DNA of 62,219 bases, the filler included, from Choristocarpus tenellus KU-1152 (Eukaryota; Protista; Phaeophyceae), in NCBI GenBank assembly GCA_964200185.2. It is 11 parts of 11 records of this genome, joined end to end, with 100 filler letters (N's around TTAATTAATTAA, not from the genome) between each part and the next. Parts side by side here need not be neighbours in the genome. Positions count along the whole stretch, not along the records: positions 50,326 to 55,181 come from CAXNAD020012775.1; positions 55,282 to 62,219 come from CAXNAD020007011.1; 9 more parts are not named here. One strand, 5' to 3'. A program made the translations under genes and the position numbers. The notes beneath the pieces are model-generated. The model was not told where the DNA came from. It worked only from the letters and a program-made list of their open reading frames with translations, and ran no database searches. Below, one piece after another: positions 53,901-62,219 of this stretch. Positions within the stretch are counted from its first letter, which is position 1; each line of letters begins with the position of its first letter.

Positions 53901-54927
53901 CCAGCAACCTGAAGAGGCAATAGGGAGGAAATAACCATACCCGAGCAAAATCTCAACATAGGTATCTTAACCATAATTGTCGTAGCATGTATGTGGTATT
54001 CGCAACTTGACCAATTCTGCCAAGGTTCCAGATTCAGCAGCATCACTTGATTACTTGGCTCAAGGTCAGTCAGTCAGAATATGTATTGTTTTTCATACAT
54101 ACGCTTCTTGTAATGGGAGGAAGAAAATGGATTAAGGTTCCATTATTGTTCCCTGACTGTCACCATGCAAGTCTCATTTGTCCTATGGGAGTGAAAGTAT
54201 CTTAGAGGGCAAGAGTTTTTCCCTGTTTGTCCATTTGGGGCTTGGCTTCCCACGGATTTTTTATGGCATTTTGCCTACTCCAAGATGTTCTGGAGTAGGT
54301 AAAATGTATACGTTATGAAACGGTGTGTCCAGAACAAGGTATTGACATCCTCTAACAAACATGATAGCCAAAATTAAATCAAAATTGCAACATTGGATTT
54401 TGTCCCCCAAATGGACGTGGCTCTACTCTCTAAGATACTATCACACATGGGTTTTGAACCAGATGAGAGATGTAACCTAATCCCCTGCATGACACAGTGC
54501 ACACTTGAGAGGGATATGACATGGTACATGAGACATCAACTCACCATGTTCCCAACAAAGTTGTTCTTTCGATATTACTTTGTCCTTCTGAAGATATACC
54601 TAAATAGGTACAGCTACCCCCACTGTTTCCACCTGGATAAAATTAGATACATATTTACAGTTTGTAACAGTGAACCGCTGTATCTAAAGGCTTGTTCCTT
54701 TGTAGTACTTGCATCCAAATGTTCTTCTCACCTGAACAGTGATCTCTATGATGCCCAACCAGGTAACCACAAAATCGAAGAGGTTGTATGGATCCATGAA
54801 GTACTGCAGTGGGCCCAGCAAACAAAGCTTGACAGTAATCTCGCCAACAAATACTGTGGTGAAACCCACATTGATCTGAGGACCTCCAAATCCGCCAGCA
54901 TATTCAGCACAAACGTCAAGAGTTAAG
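50911..54927 (-). CDS. Voltage-gated cation channel (Cav/Nav/TPC superfamily), one S2-S6 repeat; partial gene
   Basis: Exons: 54927-54732 (FTTVFVGEITVKL..YFMDPYNLFDFVV); 53908-53795 (S4 GLRIIRIFRVARVIRLA); 52409-52245 (S5 ..FIYTFSVLGMQFFG); 51851-51753 (pore NFRSFGKAAITVLDLLTGNQWSK); 51496-51347 (S6 LFFVIWLLLSRWLIMAMVVSVL); 51029-50911. Confidence 0.88.
51291..51334. repeat. Intronic 16-bp tandem repeat, about 3 units
   Basis: (t/c)cattcaagattgtct units. Confidence 0.8.
52628..52807. mobile_element. Family-A MITE in a channel intron
   Basis: ggctcaaagtatct ... cccagatactttgagtc; flanks share tac. Confidence 0.88.
54189..54446. mobile_element. Family-B MITE (258 bp), 4-bp TSD ATGG
   Basis: gagtgaaagtatcttagag ... 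ctctaagatactatcacac; atgg at 54185-54188 and 54447-54450. Confidence 0.9.
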
Positions 54928-55346
54928 CTGTGGCATTGAAGCAACAGCAACACTGTGTATCTGCTTCAAAAAGCTCATGTATTAACCAAAGTTCGATATT
55001 TTCAACACCGGAGAGAGGCCAGTAAGAGACCAGCGACAATGACATTCAACTGCCAATGAAAAGACATTATGGACAAAAGTTGCACATTTGATGTGCTGCG
55101 GATTTCATTTGTGATATTCCAAATCGGTAGAGACCCAAAGTATCTGGGAGGGGGGGGGGTCTACACCAAGGTGTCCATTTGNNNNNNNNNNNNNNNNNNN
55201 NNNNNNNNNNNNNNNNNNNNNNNNNTTAATTAATTAANNNNNNNNNNNNNNNNNNNNNNNNNNNNNNNNNNNNNNNNNNNNGGGGGGGGGGAGTGGAGTG
55301 GAGTGGGGCTGCTTTTCGCAAGACTTTGAAAATATAGGCGGGCAGG

Positions 55347-55436
55347 ATGGGGAACATGCCAGTGGTGGAGTTGGGCAGCAGAAAGGTTCGAGTTAAGCGA
55401 CTGCTCATGGAAGGGGGCTTTGCTTATGTTTACAAG
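55347..55436 (+). CDS. First exon of a NAK-family (GAK/AAK1/STK16-like) Ser/Thr kinase
   Basis: MGNMPVVELGSRKVRVKRLLMEGGFAYVYK|gtgagg. EGGFAxVY is the NAK-type glycine-rich loop. No further kinase exons were recognised downstream in this contig. Confidence 0.7.
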
Positions 55437-57440
55437 GTGAGGTGTAAGATGTCATGTCAATAAAAGTGTTGTCACCACAGTGAAACAACCCATAGGGTGA
55501 GGATCCTTGTTTGGCCAGAGCGGGTTTCGGCTCACACAAGATGATATTTTTAGGGGGTGATGGTTGAGCGTTAGAAGCAGTGATTGCCAGAAGAAAGGCC
55601 TCCACCCTAAAGTATGTAGTTATTTCCCCGGAGTTGTTATGGCCATCTCATAGAAATATTTGCGAATAATTCCCCCCAGGGTGTGATGCCGGGGCAAGAG
55701 TCAAACAGAGTGTGTAGTACCTTGATGTGCACTCTACTGGCTACAGCCTTGCTACACCGGCAGGACAAACAGACCAGTGTTTATTTATTTTTTATCGGTG
55801 ATTGTATTGGGAACTATGTACAGTGAACTCGATGTCTTGTATACTGTAGGTTTCAAATGTACAGTTCTGGTGCCATCCGTAAGGTACAGTATAATAGCAG
55901 GCTAAACATCATCCATTATACCTGGGTATTGAATATGTCACGCAACTGTATGGGAGAGTGATGCTAGAGTATATAAATCTAAAATGTTGTGTTTGTTGCT
56001 TTTGGCAATGAGCGCACATCTTGGTTTTACCTGTTTTCCTTTTCCAGCATTCCCCCCCCTGCCCACCCCCAATCCCCTCAACACATTCCATGAGAAGTCT
56101 CTATCTGCTTCCTGCGTTGTGGTGCCTAAGGCTGTGCTTGCAGTGCTGAATCAGGACATCATTTGATTGTTCGGGTGATAAACACACACCGGGTTGACTC
56201 TATCTTGAGATGGTGTTTCGCATGTTGTTTAGAATTTTTTTTTTTTGATGTTGCAGCGGGTAGTGCTTTTGACGTGCTTTGAAATGATACAAGAAATATC
56301 GGAAGGAGAGAGCTTTTGTGCGTTTGTGTTCAATCAGACTCACTCGACTCATTTCAGTCGAACCAGGACCAAGAAGGCACCTACAGCGGTTCTTCTGGGA
56401 CCATGGGGCGACTGGAAGCTGCAGTTGCAGTTGTCTACATAAGTGCTTTAAGACTTGGACTAAACGTTTTGTCCAAGGAAGTAGGACTTTTCACCGAAAT
56501 GGTTATTGTTGAGGGACCAGGCTGCAGACCGGTCCCCTAAGAAGTACTGGTCTGTGGACCAGTCTCAGTACAATATAATTGAAAAGATGGCTAGTCCAGG
56601 GCTGTCAGAGATTATCTGGACCAGACAGCAGGTCAATCCACAGACCTGTTATAATGTACCTCGAGATAGATGATACAGAACCAGTCTGGTGAGCTCTCGA
56701 TTAAGTCTATTTTGATGAGAATAGACATGGTTGAAGGGCTTTTTCATGAAAATATATTATTTTCTCCTGTGTGTATTTTGGGACAAATTTTGGGATAGGG
56801 CCAGGATGTTTTAACTGTTTTAGATCTTTAACTGGACTGGGCCACAGGCAGGGCCTGCTAAATATTTTCTAACAAGACTTGCCTGAGGTAATCAGAGATT
56901 TTAACAGGATTGGGCCATGGACCAGCCTCCTGTTAAGTGTGTTTTATCAGGGTTGGTTCAGGGCTGTGAGAGGTTGTAACATGGAATGGGCTGGGTGGCC
57001 CTGCTCCAGGCAGCCAGTCTGGTTAACTGCCAGTCTGGTGAAAAGCCCAGCGAGAAAGAATTGTCATTCCATTATGGAGTGGATTGAAGAGTTGAAGGGG
57101 CCTTCACAAGTGCAGTACTTGCAACCTTTTGAAATTTTGGTGCAGTATGGTGGGATGGGAGTGGGCGGGAAATGATTTGACTTTTGGCAGCATGGCGTTG
57201 CTTGCCTGAGCAAAAAGTTAGTGAGGCGTTTTGCTGTGGTATCCTGGAAAGGAAAGGATATTGAGAGCCATAAATATTAATTAATGTGTAAATATTAATT
57301 AATGTGCAGCCAAAAGAAGTGATGACCCATTAACTTAAATCCTTTAGAGAATGTAAGTCTATGACTTAGTGCCTTGATCTTGATTTTTTCTGCTATCGAC
57401 AATAATATTATCGTTATTATTTTTTGCAAGGTCATATTAT

Positions 57441-57545
57441 ATGAGCAGTAAAAATCGAAAATTATTTATAAAAAATCACTTTACGAAAGCTGTAGCAGAG
57501 GTTGTAAAGAAACTTATTTTATTATTGGCCAGATCACTAAAGATA
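57441..57545 (+). pseudogene. sdhE: Fragment of bacterial succinate dehydrogenase assembly factor SdhE/SDHAF2, Rickettsiaceae-like
   Basis: Reads MSSKNRKLFIK, then (with one A missing from an A-run) KSLYESCSRGCKETYFIIGQITK. Compare the SdhE motif KKLxYxSxxRGxxExDxIxGxF, with the RGCxE variant recalled from Rickettsia. No intron, no targeting peptide, AT-rich. Confidence 0.6.
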
Positions 57546-57564
57546 GTAAATTCGTTATGAAAAA

Positions 57565-57714
57565 TTATTTACTTAGGAAAAACAAATTACCCCAAGAAAT
57601 TATGATCACAAAAAAAACGGCTGTGAATCTTTGATTCCACCAGTGTTTAGATCCAGATTTTGCTGATCCTGTTTTTTTTTCTAACAATAAATCTGTTCTA
57701 AAATCTTTTTTCAT
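57565..57714 (-). pseudogene. sdhD: 5' fragment of alphaproteobacterial sdhD (succinate dehydrogenase hydrophobic anchor), Rickettsiaceae-like
   Basis: ATG 57714 reads MKKDFRTDLLLEKKTGSAKSGSKHWWNQRFTAVFFVIIISW, then a frameshift and stop. GSAKSG.xHWxxQRxT is the alphaproteobacterial SdhD N-terminal signature. Too short for the ORF track. Confidence 0.75.
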
Positions 57715-58694
57715 ATAGTAATTACTCACACATGTTTCCAGTAAATTACCATCAAAGCAGTTGATTAGAGTGTTTTAGAAATATCTGAGCATGTATGCAA
57801 TATTCTTGAGTGTGATTAAAGATTTGTTAGATTTGAATTTATTTATCAAGAACATCACAAATTTTATATATGTTAGAAGTCAACACCAATGTGGGAATTT
57901 CTCCTTCATCCATTGGTCCAGTTTGTTGCTTTCAAAGGATAGGGTACATTCATTTGGTGGCTCAAGTTTTAGGGAGGCAAATCATGTGTGCAATTTGGAT
58001 AAAAGGAGAATTTACTTTCTTTTTTGTTATATAACGGGTAGCAGTGCAGTGCTTTTTGAACTGAAAGTATCTGATACAAATTTTAGCAGGTTAGCTTCTG
58101 TGGTTGGCCCCGTAGTGATCCATGGATGTTCTGTAGTGCTCTGATGACTGCACTGTCTCAAGTTGTGTTACAGCTATTTTTTGATAACATTAAGAATTGA
58201 AAGATTTTCACGATTTTTTTAATATTGAATTTAGCACGATATTTTTTTAAAAATATTTTTTTGAGGTACGTGATTGGGACTGAACTGTGCGTGCAGCTCA
58301 TGCAGTGAGGCGCTTCGGGGAAATTTCTAGTAAAGAGAATGTAGGTGGGAAGAAGTACCTGACCAATTGGAACATCTGGTTGATTTCTCAAGCATTTAAT
58401 TTGTGGAACCAATCCCAGAGCATTGTATCAGCCGGTGAGACTATATGAAAAATAGTTGTGATCATTGCAATGTTGCCCTTTAGGTGCATGCATAAGACTC
58501 TTCACACACTAAAGAACAAGAAAGAGTCGACACAAGCTTCGGGTCAATTCTTGTCATTATTTGAAGAACACTGAAAAGACTTCTTGACAAGTTTTGACAG
58601 TTTTGATCAGTTTTGTATAGAGGTACGTATGTTGACATACGCCAACTGATCAGCTTTTTACCAGGGCTTTTCACCGGACTGGCAAATTGAAAAA

Positions 58695-59050
58695 GTTCCG
58701 TCCACTGGCTGGACCAGTCCCACAATTATTTAACACATCCCATTCCATGTCCACTGGCTGGACTGGTCCCACAATTATTTAACACATCCCAGGCCATGTC
58801 CACTAGCTTTTAGACTGGTCCATGTCCACTGACTGGACTGGTCCCACAATTACTTATCATGTCCCAGTCCATGTCCTCTAGGTATTGGTCTGGTCCATGT
58901 CCACTGACTGGATCAGCTTAAACATTCTCTGACCATGTCGATTGGACAATTACTTATTCCCACAATTACTTATCATGTCCCACAATTACTTATCATGTCT
59001 GGACCATATCCACTCGACACTCTACTGGTCCATATCCACCAGCCAGCCAG
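58695..59050. repeat. Complex minisatellite
   Basis: Recurrent units catgtccactg(g/a)ctggactggtcccacaatta(tttaacacatccc / cttatcatgtcc). Confidence 0.85.
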
Positions 59051-59980
59051 TCTAACTTCTTTCCTTGCATGTCGGGACCATGGCTGCTGACCAGTTCAAA
59101 TATTTTTCTGGCATGTCCGGGCCATGTCCACTACATCTTATACAAGTCTTATCAATTTTGTTTGACCTTTCCATCCCCCCCAAAAAAGTGTGTACAGTAT
59201 ATCGGAGGCTAAGTTGACACACACACACACGCACACACACATACACACGGATCAGAAATCACCTTAGGCACCCAACAATGATTGGTATTAAAATTTGTAA
59301 TTTTATTAGTCGTTAAAAGAGTAAAATAGGAAATGATATGTATAGTATTTTTAATACATAGAGTACTTACAGTACAAGTATAGGATACAAGATTGAAGTA
59401 GAGTGAATTAGGGAGTGATGGCCATGACGCAGTCGGTCCAAGTGTAAAGAAATATACTACCTGACTGGCCATAGATAAAATGTTCTGACATGGCTGGGGT
59501 CACTGGCTGGACATATGTACAACTAAGTTTGAACCTGACCGAGTCCATGGCCATCGACCGGTTCAGCATGGCTGGACCATGGCACGGACCGACCTGTGTC
59601 TGGACCATATGGCCGACAGTAGACATGATAACTGCCCTGCCCAGTGAAAATAACTGGAAAATTTCCTTCCCTTGTTTATTTTTTCTTTTACTATTGACCA
59701 TTTATTATTGACCATTTGCTGAGAACCCTGTCGTTCAGGTTGGGCTTGGCTTTCACATCCTACCAGTTTCATATTTATTTGTATTGTGTGCCTCAATACC
59801 CTCCCTGTAAGGTATTAATATTTATTGCTCTATTCTGTGTTCTTCTAGTGTATGGTACTTGGTACTTGGTACCGTTTGCATTGTTACCTGCTTGGTCTGT
59901 TTGCTACTTGAACTGAGCAATACCCCCCCTCCCCCTCCAATACATTTTTTTCTCTTCCTTTTCATTTCTTGGTTTGTTAG

Positions 59981-61494
59981 TCAGGGGAGGATGTTCGGCA
60001 GGACCAGTTGGCTGTGCACATGATCAGGCTCATGGACATGCAGCTCAAGGAGGCTGGGCTGGATCTTCACCTTAAGGTTGCCTCACAATCCCACCTCCCC
60101 CCCCCTCCCCTGGAGCGCCTTAACTATCACTGCATGGTTTATTGTTAGGGTTAGGGTTAGGATGACATTTTTTTGTTTAGTCCATACCACCACTTCCTCT
60201 TTTGTGACCAATTACTCATATCCTTACATACTGAAGAACTTTATAGTCTGGGGACTTAAATAGTTTTGGGTTACTAATCCCTCTACCTCAATGAAAAATG
60301 CCTGAATCTCTTTATTGAAATCCTGGATGTCAAAGCAGATGTTGAGTTTGGTCTCCTCTGTTTATATAACAGTATGTAGGAGTATGCCAACAGTGATGGT
60401 GGATGTGTGTTGAACATCAAGCAGTCTCATGAATTCAAGAACTGTTTCCAATGAAGTAATTCTTCACTGCAGACAGAGAGAACCCTGTTGCATTTTGATG
60501 TTGGAAAAAGTGAGAATTTTTTTCTGTAATCCCATGACACAGTAGTGCTGGCTCCATGGATACCATCACATCCTATTCAAACTACCAACCACTCTCCTAC
60601 TGGCCAATCCTTGTGTGGTATTGTTTTTAAGAGGAGGGTGGGGGAATGAATATCAACTTTGGTGTTGGTAGTAATGATGCATCAATGAAACCTTGTTATT
60701 TATCAGAGTGCACCAGAGTGTAGTATATGCTGAATGGTATGGTACTTTGTCGGTAATCAATGATGGTGACCAATGTTGGTGATCAATGTTGGTGATCAAT
60801 GATGGTAATCAATTATGGTAATCAATCTTGGTGATCAATCTTGGTGAATTTGTGTGGTATGCCTCGGCACCTAAGACTTGCGCTTACATTGAGTGATGAT
60901 CTCAAGTCAGGTTTAGCCAATATTTTGGTTTATTTTATTTTGCATACGGGCAATTTAAACTAGTATTTTTTCACCTGAGTTTTTCAGCTTGAAGTGTGTA
61001 ACATGCATCTGGTTGTATCTGGTATAAAGTATAGAAAGGTGTTGACATAATTTTCTCCCCTGCCGTAAGCTCTGCTATGGATGGATTGCATACAGTATTA
61101 GTGTTGTTGATGCAATATCTTGACTTTTCCCATCATCCCCCCAAAGCCCTTTCACCCCCCGGACACATAAATCAATCTACCAAGTCCATACACTAGCGCC
61201 CACCCACCTATGAGGCATACCAATGACCTATGTTACTCTGTTCACTGACAACAATGACTAACTTGGCAATGTACTCATGAACTGTACTTGTTCCTTCTCC
61301 CCTCCCTCTATCCCATCTTGCTTAATTGATCTGCTGGCCCAACACTGACTGTGATGTGGGGGGCTGGGGGGGGGGGGGGTTGGATGGGTGAAACAGACAT
61401 ATCGGGTGCTGGCAACAGGATTGAGCACTGGCATGGTAGAGTTTGTTCCTGGCTCTATCCCCATGTCTGCTGTCCTTACCCAACACTGCAACAG
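59981..61494 (+). CDS. VPS34: Two exons of a class III PI3-kinase (Vps34-like) catalytic domain
   Basis: Exon 59981-60076 SGEDVRQDQLAVHMIRLMDMQLKEAGLDLHLK (cf. GDDLRQDQL..LMDxLLxxxxLDLxL). Exon 61397-61494 TYRVLATGLSTGMVEFVPGSIPMSAVL (cf. PYxVLAT..G.vEFv). In frame, GT-AG. Confidence 0.8.
60752..60847. repeat. Intronic 12-bp minisatellite, about 8 units
   Basis: ggt(g/a)atcaat(g/c/t)(a/t)t units. Confidence 0.85.
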
Positions 61495-62219
61495 GTGAGT
61501 TGCGTCAGTTACATCAGATGGTGCAGAACCGTGGGTGTATATGTATTGAGAGATGCTGCCCTTGTATTGTTTGCTTTTAGACAATTAGTAAAAATGTGAT
61601 CGTGGCATTGATAGTATTTATGTACTATTATTTTTTTATTTTTAGCTTTATTTTGAGTGTCATTGAAGGCAAGCTCATTTTCTGTATCGTTTTTTTTTTG
61701 TTCTGAGGATAGAGGAATTTATTTATTTTACTGTTTTGTCCATTGTGTGTGTGTGTGTGTGTGTTTTTATCTCAATCTTTTTTATTATTGTCACTTGTGA
61801 TTGTTTTTTGTGTGCCATACTTTGGTCCACCCTCCATCCACATAGTGTGGGGTACTCTAGTGTGCATGTGTTGAGTGTCTGCTATCTGCTTGGTCAAGTG
61901 GTACAATCTCATTATATGCTTATCTAGAGTATCATATGATATGTCTGAAAAGTATGGTCACATTGAAATGTGTCCCTATGGTCTCCTTCCTAAATATTTA
62001 TTATTTGGCTAACGCTGATATTTTGTAGAGTTTGTCATGTGGGAATAAGAAGCAGCTTAAATTCTGGTGATTGATCTTAATTAATCAATGGGATGAAAAA
62101 ACAAAAACAAAAAAATAACATATTGCATTATACCTTTTCTTTTTTTTTTACTATCCTTGAGCTCCTCAGACCTTTTGATTGGTTTACAGTAGATCATTCA
62201 CCCCCACCTTCACCTTCCC

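Larger units (their letters stand above)
56470..59680. mobile_element. Possible foldback-type element: long degenerate arms built of ctggtcca/tggaccag motifs around an AT-rich core
   Basis: Inner inverted pair tgccagtctggtgaaaagccc (57028-57048) vs gggcttttcaccggactggca (58664-58684), one mismatch. Both arms are rich in related short motifs. Outer ends and TSD not identified. Confidence 0.4.

Noticed and set aside
54393-54926. 177-aa plus-strand ORF
   Set aside because: It starts within a MITE and runs antisense to a channel exon and intron, with no recognisable motif.
57565-57714. sdhD fragment as a mitochondrial insertion (NUMT)
   Set aside because: Brown-algal mtDNA is not known to carry sdh4, and the neighbouring sdhE-like fragment is not an mtDNA gene. 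Disfavoured, but this depends on the host identification and needs a search.
58695-59050. CRISPR-like array
   Set aside because: Units are contiguous and degenerate with no unique spacers, there are no cas genes, and the context is eukaryotic. It is a minisatellite.
1-62219. Prokaryotic operons, defence systems, rRNA/tRNA genes or endogenous giant-virus genes
   Set aside because: There is no long intronless gene-dense region and no recognisable RNA-gene or viral hallmark. Small RNAs could be missed without a covariance-model search.

Overview
Eukaryotic, intron-rich nuclear DNA, most likely from a brown alga or related stramenopile. That call is inferred from gene families and exon style, not proven. 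The window is 11 contigs joined by ten artificial 100-nt linkers (N44-TTAATTAATTAA-N44); several genes stop at contig edges, so adjacency across gaps is unreliable. Spliced genes read by hand: a PELP1/RIX1-like gene; a gene with a degenerate 14-3-3-like domain, head-to-head with a coiled-coil gene; a large Cys-rich multi-TM surface protein; a complete 11-exon secreted knottin-like + beta-helix (Pmp-like) protein; an ALY/THOC4-like RRM gene; one voltage-gated cation-channel repeat; a NAK-type kinase first exon; and two Vps34-like PI3K exons. Mobile DNA: two degenerate Ty1/copia elements, a LINE RT remnant, a hAT transposase remnant, a possible foldback element, and about 25 copies or fragments of related MITEs, most sharing an AAAGTA terminal core, with mostly 4-bp TSDs. 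Main points of interest: (1) an AT-rich island with decayed Rickettsiaceae-like sdhE and sdhD fragments between inverted repeats; (2) a pseudo-14-3-3 domain lacking its phosphopeptide-binding residues; (3) a possible protein-kinase/PI3K chimeric splice; (4) one-repeat-per-exon beta-helix architecture. All homology calls are from recalled motif knowledge; no searches were run.
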